The position numbers and the translations under genes were made by a program. From a bacterium (GTDB taxonomy: Bacteria; Bacillota_I; Bacilli_A; RFN20; CAG-826), in NCBI GenBank assembly GCA_019421105.1, contig JAHZFY010000001.1:3357-44363 (forward strand): a DNA stretch of 41,007 nt. The letters run 5' to 3'. Positions 1 through 8,377 of this stretch are shown one piece after another (within the stretch, counting starts at the first letter, position 1; the number at the start of each line of letters is the position of its first letter). A model generated the notes under the pieces. The model ran no database searches. It was not told the origin of the DNA and saw only the letters and a program-made list of their open reading frames with translations.

Positions 1-1
1 T

Positions 2-349
2 ATGGGCGGAGAAAATTTGGTCATCACTAAAGTTTCTAAAGACAAAAAAGCTTCCATGATGTTAGTGGAATTCTTATTAAGAGAAGAAAATATGAAACTT
101 TTGGCAGAATTCACCGGCAATTTCCCATCAATTCCTGAATATGCAGAAACTAATGACCCTAATAAACAAGTGGTTTTAGAACAATTAAATCATGTTAAGG
201 CTCGTCCAGTTGTTCCAGCATGGATTGAAATTAATGACATGTATTTAGGACGCGCTTTAGATTTAATTTTAACAAATGAAAAACCTCAAGATCCAAAAAC
301 AGCATTAGATACCGCAGCTGCAGCCGCGAATCAAATTTTAGGGAAATAA
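2..349 (+). CDS. Sugar ABC transporter substrate-binding protein, C-terminal fragment (5' end outside window)
   Basis: Frame is open from the window edge. The ~115-aa tail looks like a family-1 solute-binding protein (PVVPAWIEINDMYLGRALDLIL). Two MalF/MalG-type permease genes follow 2 nt downstream. Confidence 0.7.
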   Translation: MGGENLVITKVSKDKKASMMLVEFLLREENMKLLAEFTGNFPSIPEYAETNDPNKQVVLEQLNHVKARPVVPAWIEINDMYLGRALDLILTNEKPQDPKTALDTAAAAANQILGK

Positions 350-350
350 A

Positions 351-1322
351 ATGAAAGTAGAAAAAGGTATATCTAAAAAAGTTAGAACAAATATCAACGG
401 ATGGCTATTTATTATGCCATTAGTTGTATATTTCATCGTGTTTCAATTATTACCTATCATCTTGTCGTTTTGGTATTCGTTAACCGATTGGGATGGCTTT
501 TCTAATAGTTATACTTTTTTAGGACTTACCAATTATTGGGAAGCAATTACAAACCGAATTTTATATCCTGAATTTTGGGATTCGATTGGCACAACCTTCC
601 TATATGCGTTAATGACAGTTCCTGCAAGCGTCATTTTGGCTTTGGTGGTAGCAGCAATATTAAACGCAAACATTAAAGGCGAAAAGTTTTTTAAGACATG
701 CTTTTATATTCCAAGCGTTACAGCTGGTGTTGCTGTCAGTGCTATTTGGTTGTATTTATTAGATCCAACTTATGGTGTTGTTGGTGCTATCAACAATGCT
801 TTTGGCACAAGTTTTAATTTGCTTGGTTCTTCTAAAACTGCCTTACCTACGTTAGCAGTAATGTCAATTTGGGGCGGTTTAGGTTATAACGTATTGATTA
901 TGCTCAGTGCGATGAAAAACATCAACACCCAACTTTATGAAGCGTGCGAAGTGGATGGTGGAGGAACAATTAGGAAATTCTTTCATGTTACAGTTCCTAG
1001 CGTGTTACCAACATTATTTTTCTTAGTAACAACATCCACCATTGGTTCAATGCAAGCTTTTGACCAAATGTATTTGATGACAGGTGGCGGTCATGGTACT
1101 ACCACTATCATGTTTGAAATTTATAAACGCTATATGGATTTTGGCCAAGTTGGTATGGCTTCAGCTATGAGCTACATTTTATTTTTGTTCATCTTAGCAA
1201 TTATGTTTATTCAATTTAAAGTCATGCCTCAAGGTGAAACAGGAGAAAAAAAGAAAAGGAGGTTAAATAAAAATGCACAAAAACTCATGCTCGAATTACG
1301 ACGTGAAGCGACGCAAAATTAA
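351..1322 (+). CDS. Carbohydrate ABC transporter permease (MalF/UgpA type)
   Basis: 323 aa, multi-TM. EAA-loop-like LYEACEVDGGGTIRKFFHVTVP. Sits directly after the SBP gene. The non-conserved basic C-terminal tail overlaps the next gene by 50 nt. Confidence 0.85.
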   Translation: MKVEKGISKKVRTNINGWLFIMPLVVYFIVFQLLPIILSFWYSLTDWDGFSNSYTFLGLTNYWEAITNRILYPEFWDSIGTTFLYALMTVPASVILALVVAAILNANIKGEKFFKTCFYIPSVTAGVAVSAIWLYLLDPTYGVVGAINNAFGTSFNLLGSSKTALPTLAVMSIWGGLGYNVLIMLSAMKNINTQLYEACEVDGGGTIRKFFHVTVPSVLPTLFFLVTTSTIGSMQAFDQMYLMTGGGHGTTTIMFEIYKRYMDFGQVGMASAMSYILFLFILAIMFIQFKVMPQGETGEKKKRRLNKNAQKLMLELRREATQN

Positions 1323-2163
1323 TGTCGGTAGAATTTTTGCTTACATTATTTTAATCTTGTTAGCATTTGCGTTTATCTTTCCTTATATTTGGTTGATAAG
1401 TGCTTCTTTTAAGACACCTGAAGCTATCTTTACTCCTGGTTTTAATTTGATTCCTATGGATAAAGATGGAAACATCCATTTAACATTTACAAACTATGTT
1501 AATGCATATGAATATCTTGATTTAGGAAGAGCATTTACCAATACGTTGATAGTGTGTGTTGTCAATACCGCTTTAAATCTATTTTTAAATGCTTTAGCGG
1601 GTTATGCATTTGCTAGAATCAATTTCAAAGGTAGAAAAACAATGTTTACTTTTGTTTTGGGAGCGATGCTTATACCTGGTGCAATCATGACTATTCCAAA
1701 TTTAATCATTTGTAATGTTTTAAATATTATCGATACATTGCCAGTCTTGATTTTGCCATTTATCATGTCGATTTATAACGTATTTTTAATGAGGCAACAA
1801 TTTTATTCATTGTCAAAAGATTTAGAAGAAGCTGCGATAATGGATGGGGCTAGCCAAATGAGAATTTTCTTTACCATTTGTCTACCTTTAGTTAAACCGA
1901 TGCTAATCGTTTTAGGGATTACCACATTCATGTGGAATTATAACAATTTCATGTGGACTATCTTGGCCATTCCAACAAACACTGAAATATGGACTCTATC
2001 AAGGGCTTTAGGTAATTTGATTTCCGCTGGTGCATTTGATCCAAATATGTATCCTCAAATGCTCGCTGGATCAGTTATTACATCATTGCCTTTGATTATA
2101 ATATTCTTCTTTTTACAAAAATACATTTTACAAGGAGTTAACATAGGAGGAGTTAAAGAATAA
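1273..2163 (+). CDS. Carbohydrate ABC transporter permease (MalG/UgpE type)
   Basis: 296 aa, 6 predicted TM. EAA loop LEEAAIMDGASQMRIFFTICLPLVKP. Strong SD AAGGAGG at 1256-1262, 10 nt before ATG 1273. No later in-frame ATG would keep the first TM. Confidence 0.85.
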   Translation: MHKNSCSNYDVKRRKINVGRIFAYIILILLAFAFIFPYIWLISASFKTPEAIFTPGFNLIPMDKDGNIHLTFTNYVNAYEYLDLGRAFTNTLIVCVVNTALNLFLNALAGYAFARINFKGRKTMFTFVLGAMLIPGAIMTIPNLIICNVLNIIDTLPVLILPFIMSIYNVFLMRQQFYSLSKDLEEAAIMDGASQMRIFFTICLPLVKPMLIVLGITTFMWNYNNFMWTILAIPTNTEIWTLSRALGNLISAGAFDPNMYPQMLAGSVITSLPLIIIFFFLQKYILQGVNIGGVKE

Positions 2164-2164
2164 T

Positions 2165-4693
2165 ATGAAAAGAAACGCCTTGCTTGTTTTAAGCTTTGCT
2201 TTGTTGGGCAGCGTATTAGTGGGATGCGCGCCTGATATTGTTACTTCGACAAGCGATTCTCAAACAACAACTACCACAACAACATCAGAAGCTCCAAAAG
2301 AAATTTCAAATTACGTTCAAGTGTATGAAACTTCCGGAAACAAATCTTCAACAATTGAAAGAAAATCAGATTTAATTTTTAAAGATTATGAATACGATGG
2401 AAATATTGAAGTTACATTGGATTTAGAAAAAGAATATAACGAATTAACTGGTTATGGTTCGGCTTTGACACATTCAGCTGCGATGCTTTTGAATAATAAA
2501 CCAGCTATTGCAAAAGACATTTTAAATCAAATGTATGGCGAAGATGGTGCTGGATTTACATCTGTAAGAATTCCTCTTGGAACATCAGATTATACTCCGA
2601 CCGCCATGGATTATTACACTTTTGATGATGTCCCAAAAGGTGAAACCGATTTTGAATTTAATAGTTTCTCAATCGAAAAAGATAAACAAGCTTTAATACC
2701 TGTTTTAAAAACTATTTTAGAAATTAACCCAGATATTCAAATTTTTGCTGCTCCTTGGAGTGCTCCAGCTTGGATGAAAACTAATAAATCCTTAATTGGA
2801 GGCTCTTTAGAAGGCGTTGAAAATGATACATATGAAAATCCTTCTAAAGAAGAAAAAGCCTATGCTATGTATTTATTTAAAACGGTTGAAACATACGCTA
2901 AAGAAGGCATTTATATTGATTATTTATCCATTTTAAATGAACCTTTCATTATGAATGTTAAATACCCATCCATGCACATGGAAGGAAAACAATATTATCG
3001 TGTCGCTAAAGAATTTGTTAAATTAGCTAAAGATAGCGATATTGATTTCGTTAGATTATCTTTGTTTGATCACAACCCTGTTGCTGAATATGATGTTGCA
3101 TTCGAAACATTTGTTCAACCTTTAATTGATGATCCACAAATCAATGAATTTGTCGCTGGTTTTGCTTTACACTGCTATGATGGAAACTGGCCTAACATTT
3201 ATTCTGGTTTCATGGCAACTTATACTCAATTATATCCAGATAAACAATTCTGGATTACTGAAATCACTGAAAGCCAAGGTGGTGACTATGCACAAAATTT
3301 AGCATGGGCTGCTAATAACGTCACTGTTGGTCCAGAAGGATACGGTGTAAATGGTGCTATGTATTGGAATATGGCATTAAGATCTGATGGCTCTCCAGCA
3401 AAAGGTAACAACGCTAAATTAAGAGGTGTTGTCACTTTAGATGATGACGGAGAATGGTATTTTAATACATCGTATTTTGCAATGTCACACGTCAGTAGAT
3501 TTGCTCATAAAATTGATGGTGTATTACCTCGCCGTATTGATGCATATTCTAGCAATGAATTTTTGATTAAATCAGCAGCATTTAAAAATGCAGATGATAC
3601 ATACGCAGTCGTTTTAACAAACGTCTACGATAGAACTTTAGAAACAGTCAACGTCGTATTAGGTGATAAAATGGTTGCATTACAAATTGGACCACAATCT
3701 ATTACAACTTTAGTCTTAACAAGAGGAGACGTTGAACAATTAAAAAGAGTCGAGTATGAACATATCGATATTTATCAAAATGGATACTATGATTATTCTT
3801 TACATGTGGAATTAGCTGAAAAATATGATGGCGTTGAATTTTATTTAGAATCACAACCTGAGACATATAAGAATAAGGTTGAATATACTCAAGATGGTGA
3901 CATTTATATGATGGATGTTCAAACTGGTCCAGGCGATGTTTATTTAAATGTTTTAACATCAAATGATAAAGTTAATGGAAATCTTTGCATCACTATCCCA
4001 AGAATGACACCATTTATCAAAGTCATGGAAGATGCTGAGACAGGCAATGAAGTATTGCAATTCAATTTCCAATTCAATATTGGTATGTCTTGGTCGAGTT
4101 TCTGTGATCCAAATGGTAAAAATGTCTATAAATCTTCACAAGATACATTTGATAGCACTGCTGTTAAAGTCAATGTGAAAGAAAACGGTGAAGATGATGA
4201 TATTTACATCATCACTAATGAATACGTCGATAAAAACTTATCTAGTGAACAACCATATTATTACGCTGTTTTAGAAGGTAAAAATGGTTTAACAACATTC
4301 TATTCTTGTTCAGTTACATATAGAGACGATATCATCGATCAATCTTCTGAAATGGTTGATTTAGTATTAATTGATGGAAAAGTTCATGTTGTTTACATGG
4401 CAGCGTACTTACAAGACGATTATCAAAATACTCGTTTAGTTGTTAAAGATAATACATTAGAAAGATATGACGGCTTAAATCAAGGTGGACGTATCGTATC
4501 AATGGAAGTATGTGTTGAAAATATCTCTAGAAAATACACATGGTTTGACATATTAATTGAAAGAAGCAACGGCAACTGCTTTGACATTTATAAGACCTCC
4601 GCTATCAATCCAAATAAATCATTAAAAGGATCAGATGGTAGAACCTATGTCTTTAAAGAATGGAGTGGCTTATTAAAAGTTAATGTCATGTAA
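2165..4693 (+). CDS. Surface lipoprotein glycoside hydrolase family 30 (glucosylceramidase / beta-1,6-glycanase-like) with long C-terminal extension
   Basis: Lipoprotein signal MKRNALLVLSFALLGSVLVGC followed by a Thr-rich linker. GH30 hallmarks: FAAPWSAPAWMKTN, acid/base ILNEPF, nucleophile region WITEITE. The ~320 aa from ~3725 onward carry no motif I recognise. SD AGGAGG upstream. Confidence 0.85.
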   Translation: MKRNALLVLSFALLGSVLVGCAPDIVTSTSDSQTTTTTTTSEAPKEISNYVQVYETSGNKSSTIERKSDLIFKDYEYDGNIEVTLDLEKEYNELTGYGSALTHSAAMLLNNKPAIAKDILNQMYGEDGAGFTSVRIPLGTSDYTPTAMDYYTFDDVPKGETDFEFNSFSIEKDKQALIPVLKTILEINPDIQIFAAPWSAPAWMKTNKSLIGGSLEGVENDTYENPSKEEKAYAMYLFKTVETYAKEGIYIDYLSILNEPFIMNVKYPSMHMEGKQYYRVAKEFVKLAKDSDIDFVRLSLFDHNPVAEYDVAFETFVQPLIDDPQINEFVAGFALHCYDGNWPNIYSGFMATYTQLYPDKQFWITEITESQGGDYAQNLAWAANNVTVGPEGYGVNGAMYWNMALRSDGSPAKGNNAKLRGVVTLDDDGEWYFNTSYFAMSHVSRFAHKIDGVLPRRIDAYSSNEFLIKSAAFKNADDTYAVVLTNVYDRTLETVNVVLGDKMVALQIGPQSITTLVLTRGDVEQLKRVEYEHIDIYQNGYYDYSLHVELAEKYDGVEFYLESQPETYKNKVEYTQDGDIYMMDVQTGPGDVYLNVLTSNDKVNGNLCITIPRMTPFIKVMEDAETGNEVLQFNFQFNIGMSWSSFCDPNGKNVYKSSQDTFDSTAVKVNVKENGEDDDIYIITNEYVDKNLSSEQPYYYAVLEGKNGLTTFYSCSVTYRDDIIDQSSEMVDLVLIDGKVHVVYMAAYLQDDYQNTRLVVKDNTLERYDGLNQGGRIVSMEVCVENISRKYTWFDILIERSNGNCFDIYKTSAINPNKSLKGSDGRTYVFKEWSGLLKVNVM

Positions 4694-4703
4694 AGGAGCT
4701 GAT

Positions 4704-6032
4704 ATGATAGAACAGTACAGAACAAGTAAAAGAAACCATGAAAGGGTTAAAAAATTAAACGATATCGACTTTACTAAAAATCCTAATTTAAATCTTAGAA
4801 GTATCTATATAAATTCAAAAAAAGAATTTCAAACTCATATGGGATTTGGAGGCGCTTTAACTAGAGCAAGCCAACTAAACCTAGAGACGATGGGTCAAGA
4901 TAAAGCCAATGAAGTTTTAAAGGCTTATTATGATAAAGACGGTTTAAATTATAATCTTGTTAGATTAACAATTAATTCCACTGACTTTGGTGAAGGTAAT
5001 TACGATTATTTAGATGAAAATAGTAAAGATTTGACCACCTTTTCATTAAAAAAAGAAGAGTTAATGTTTAAATATTTAAATCAAATCAAAAAGATAGCTG
5101 ATAAAAAAATCTTCACATTAGCATCCCCTTGGAGCGCCCCAGCATTCATGAAAGAAAATAATGAAATGAACTTTGGGGCTACAATCATCAAAGAGTATAT
5201 GCCAATGTGGGCCCAATACATCGCAAAATACATTATTGAGATGAAAAAACATGGTCATGAAGTCGATGCTATTACAATCCAAAACGAACCAGAAGCTCAA
5301 CAAATTTGGGAATCGTTATATTTAGATCCTTATCAAGAAGCAGAAATGGTTTCTTTGATTAGTAAGGAATTAAAAAATAATTCTTTAGATACCAAAATTA
5401 TCATTTGGGATCATAACAAATCCGAAATGGTAAGAAGAAGCAATGTAACGCTATACAATAAAGAAGTTTCTGATTTAGTTTGGGGTATTGGTTATCATTG
5501 GTATGTTGATAAACAATTCAAAAATATTGAAATGGTTCATGAATTATTCAATGATAAACACATCTTATTTACTGAAGGATGTGTTGAATTGACTCTTCAA
5601 GGACAAGACTTATCCACTTGGAGCCATGCAGAAACGTATGCGATTAACATCATTGAAGGATTAAATAACTTTACAGAAGGATGGTTTGATTGGAATCTAG
5701 TTTTAGATGAAAATGGTGGGCCAACTTATGTCGATAATTATTGTGAATCTCCAATAATGTATGATAAGACAAAAGATGAATTGATATATAACCCTTCATA
5801 TTATTATCTAGCTCACTTTTCAAAATTTATTAAAGTCGGGGCTAAACGAATCTATTCAATAAACGACTGTAGTGAAAATATCTATAACGTCGCTTATAAA
5901 AATCCAAATGGTGAGATTGTATTGATTGTATTAAACACCAATTGGATCTGCAATTTAGCAATAAAAATTGATGACAAAGTTGTAAATGTTGTCTTGCCAC
6001 CAAAAAGCATAACAACATACATAGTCAAGTAA
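4704..6032 (+). CDS. Cytoplasmic glycoside hydrolase family 30 (glucosylceramidase-like, ~442 aa)
   Basis: Start moved from track position 4683 to ATG 4704, which has SD AAAGGAG at 4692-4698. No signal peptide. GH30 motifs ASPWSAPAFMKEN, IQNEPE, FTEGC. Confidence 0.85.
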   Translation: MIEQYRTSKRNHERVKKLNDIDFTKNPNLNLRSIYINSKKEFQTHMGFGGALTRASQLNLETMGQDKANEVLKAYYDKDGLNYNLVRLTINSTDFGEGNYDYLDENSKDLTTFSLKKEELMFKYLNQIKKIADKKIFTLASPWSAPAFMKENNEMNFGATIIKEYMPMWAQYIAKYIIEMKKHGHEVDAITIQNEPEAQQIWESLYLDPYQEAEMVSLISKELKNNSLDTKIIIWDHNKSEMVRRSNVTLYNKEVSDLVWGIGYHWYVDKQFKNIEMVHELFNDKHILFTEGCVELTLQGQDLSTWSHAETYAINIIEGLNNFTEGWFDWNLVLDENGGPTYVDNYCESPIMYDKTKDELIYNPSYYYLAHFSKFIKVGAKRIYSINDCSENIYNVAYKNPNGEIVLIVLNTNWICNLAIKIDDKVVNVVLPPKSITTYIVK

Positions 6033-6045
6033 AGGAGATTGCATT

Positions 6046-7137
6046 ATGAAAATTAAAAAGATGTTTGTGTTTGGTTTATTGTTTGCTTCAATTGTTGGAA
6101 CAAGCGGTGTGATAAATACCTACACAAATAACAAAACCAATATAGCACATGCTGAAACTGCTAAACCTGAAATCGTAGTGTCAAATAAACAAGTCACTTT
6201 ATTTGAAGGCGATGAACCTAGCAGTGTGACATTGTCATTTGAAGGCTTTAGCAAAACACCAAAATTATATGTAAAAAATTACGCTAGTGCAGTTGCAGAT
6301 GCAACTATTAGCGAAGATAACACAACGTTCACATTTACATATAAGCAAGCGGGTACAGGTTCTATTATGTTAGGTGCTGAAAATGAAAAAGAATTAGATA
6401 CTGCTTATATCTCTATTGTGTGTTTAAAAACTGAAACAATAAAAGAAGTTAGAAAAAAACCAAACCATACTCAAGTTAAGGTTCGTGGCACTGTTTATGG
6501 TTATTCAAAATTAGGAACTTATATTGCTGATGAAGACGGAACAGGTATCCTTTTACAACAATATGTAAATAACGAATTAAAAATCGGTGATAAGATTACC
6601 GCTGTCGGTAAATTAACTTATATTGATGGCACAGGTAGATTTTTAGCAAAGAACACCATTGAAGTAAAATCAATCGAATCTCACGATCAAACAGTTGGCT
6701 ATTTACCATTAAATAAAGATACAAGAAACTATGATAGAGTTCGTGTTGAAAACTTATTATTTAAAGGGTTTGAAATACCTGCAGATGGAAAGGGAACCAA
6801 ATTTGCTAAATTTGACTTAAATGGTGAGTTAGTAAAATTTGTGATTGATAAAAACGACACAAAACTTCCAGAAGCTGCAAAATTAGAAAATGATGCTAAA
6901 ACCTGGGTTGTGGATTCAACAAGAGTAACAATTACTGCTCCTTTCTTTAATTCAAAAAACCCAGATAAAGTCACATTTACTAAAACATTAAATTGTGTTA
7001 CAGGAAGCACATGGGAAGTATCAACTGCCAAAACATTAACTAAAGTTTATGATTCGCATTTGAATAGCACTTGTTCTTTGTTTATTAATTCAAACAAAGC
7101 GGTTGATAATCTATTCCAAAAACAATTTAACAAATAA
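6046..7137 (+). CDS. Secreted protein with Ig-like region and OB-fold-like (YhcR/ExeM-type) module; function unknown
   Basis: Type I signal peptide (NIAHA/ETAK). Segment VKVRGTVYGYSKLGTYIADEDGTGILLQQ...IGDKITAVGKLTYIDGTGRF matches the pattern of extracellular OB modules. Clear paralog of the next ORF. SD AAAGGAG. Confidence 0.6.
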   Translation: MKIKKMFVFGLLFASIVGTSGVINTYTNNKTNIAHAETAKPEIVVSNKQVTLFEGDEPSSVTLSFEGFSKTPKLYVKNYASAVADATISEDNTTFTFTYKQAGTGSIMLGAENEKELDTAYISIVCLKTETIKEVRKKPNHTQVKVRGTVYGYSKLGTYIADEDGTGILLQQYVNNELKIGDKITAVGKLTYIDGTGRFLAKNTIEVKSIESHDQTVGYLPLNKDTRNYDRVRVENLLFKGFEIPADGKGTKFAKFDLNGELVKFVIDKNDTKLPEAAKLENDAKTWVVDSTRVTITAPFFNSKNPDKVTFTKTLNCVTGSTWEVSTAKTLTKVYDSHLNSTCSLFINSNKAVDNLFQKQFNK

Positions 7138-7154
7138 ATTAAGGAGTAAAAAAT

Positions 7155-8312
7155 ATGAAAAACAAAAAATTATTTGGTATCGGTTTGATTACAACATTAT
7201 TGGTTGGTGGTGCGTTCGTAGGACTTAATAAAACATCAAATTTTGTTAAAGCTAATGCATTAGAAGGACCTGTCTATACAATTTTAGAAGCAAGAACACA
7301 AGTTGGAAAAGATCAAGTTGCAAATATTAAAGGTGTTGTTTACGCCATGACTAATGTTGGCAATGAATATGTTTATCTTGCTGATGAAAACGGAAATGGA
7401 TTGGTATTGGATAATCTTAGCAAAAACACAGATAAAACTCTTATTGATAATTTCCATATCGGTGATGAAGTGGTAATTAATGGCATGCAATCTTATAGAT
7501 TAGGAACCTCAAGATATATTGTTGGAAGCACATTAAAATTTGTTGAAACTTTATCAACCAGCAACACTGTTTCAGCTAGAGAATTAAACAATTCTACAAA
7601 ATTATATGATTATGTTGCTGTCGATAATGCTACTTTTATCGAATTAAGAGAACATCCAACTAAAAAGAACCATGTTCAAGCAATTTTTGATAACAATGGA
7701 AAAGAATTACAAGTTTATTTAAATTTTTCTGATAAAGGTACTGAATTTGGTAAAGCCTTCATGAGCGAAGCTGAAACTTGGACACCTAATGTTACTAAAG
7801 TTAATTTAGCAGGTCCTTATGGAAAAGAAGAAACAAAAGTTGATGGCACAAAAATTTATACTGATCGAATCGAATTAGTTGAAGGTACAACATACGAGGT
7901 AGTGGGCGCGGCTCCATTAACAGAACAAGAAAAATACGCTAAAGCATTCATAAATGAATTGCATTGTGATGCAACTGGCAGCAAGGCTCCTAGTGTTGAA
8001 GAATGGGCAGCTTTAAAAACTAAATTTGAATTATTGTCTGCTGAAGATCAATTAGCGTTTACAAATGCGACAACCACCGAAACTGATTTAGTTAGTAAAG
8101 CGGTCGCAAAATATGATTACATCGTTACTAAATATGGCTCAGCAACTAATGAAAATTTTATGAACAGAGCCTTAAGCGATGCAAGTAATATCATAAACTA
8201 CAATTCTTCTAACATTGAAATGATTAGCATTATTGTTGTGATTAGTTTATTAGCGGTAACAAGCATTGGATTTATTGCAATTAAAAAAAGAAAATATTTA
8301 ATCAATAAATAA
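7155..8312 (+). CDS. Membrane-anchored surface protein, OB-fold-like module, paralog of 6046-7137; function unknown
   Basis: Signal peptide. IKGVVYAMTNVGNEYVYLADENGNGLVLDN...IGDEVVINGMQSYRLGTSRY aligns with the previous ORF. C-terminal helical module (WAALKTKFELLSAEDQLAF...AKYDYIVTKYG), then TM helix plus KKRKY stop-transfer. SD AAGGAG. Confidence 0.6.
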   Translation: MKNKKLFGIGLITTLLVGGAFVGLNKTSNFVKANALEGPVYTILEARTQVGKDQVANIKGVVYAMTNVGNEYVYLADENGNGLVLDNLSKNTDKTLIDNFHIGDEVVINGMQSYRLGTSRYIVGSTLKFVETLSTSNTVSARELNNSTKLYDYVAVDNATFIELREHPTKKNHVQAIFDNNGKELQVYLNFSDKGTEFGKAFMSEAETWTPNVTKVNLAGPYGKEETKVDGTKIYTDRIELVEGTTYEVVGAAPLTEQEKYAKAFINELHCDATGSKAPSVEEWAALKTKFELLSAEDQLAFTNATTTETDLVSKAVAKYDYIVTKYGSATNENFMNRALSDASNIINYNSSNIEMISIIVVISLLAVTSIGFIAIKKRKYLINK

Positions 8313-8334
8313 AAAAATAATCACAAATTAATTT

Positions 8335-8362
8335 AAAAGAGTCGCGAATGTCGACTCTTTTT
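8335..8362 (+). terminator. Rho-independent terminator after the GH30/OB-fold operon
   Basis: AAAAGAGTCG (8335-8344) pairs with CGACTCTTTT (8352-8361) around a 7-nt loop. The T-run reaches 8362. Confidence 0.75.
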
Positions 8363-8377
8363 GAAAGGAAATAAAAG

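Noticed and set aside
4683-4703. N-terminal extensions in the ORF track: 4683 vs 4704, 15240 vs 15213, 23410 vs 23389, 25073 vs 25031, 29571 vs 29616.
   Set aside because: In each case a downstream ATG has a well-spaced AGGAG-type SD. That ATG restores a canonical N-terminus (lipoprotein signal, ABC ATPase or GH13 N-domain) and removes the overlap with the upstream gene.
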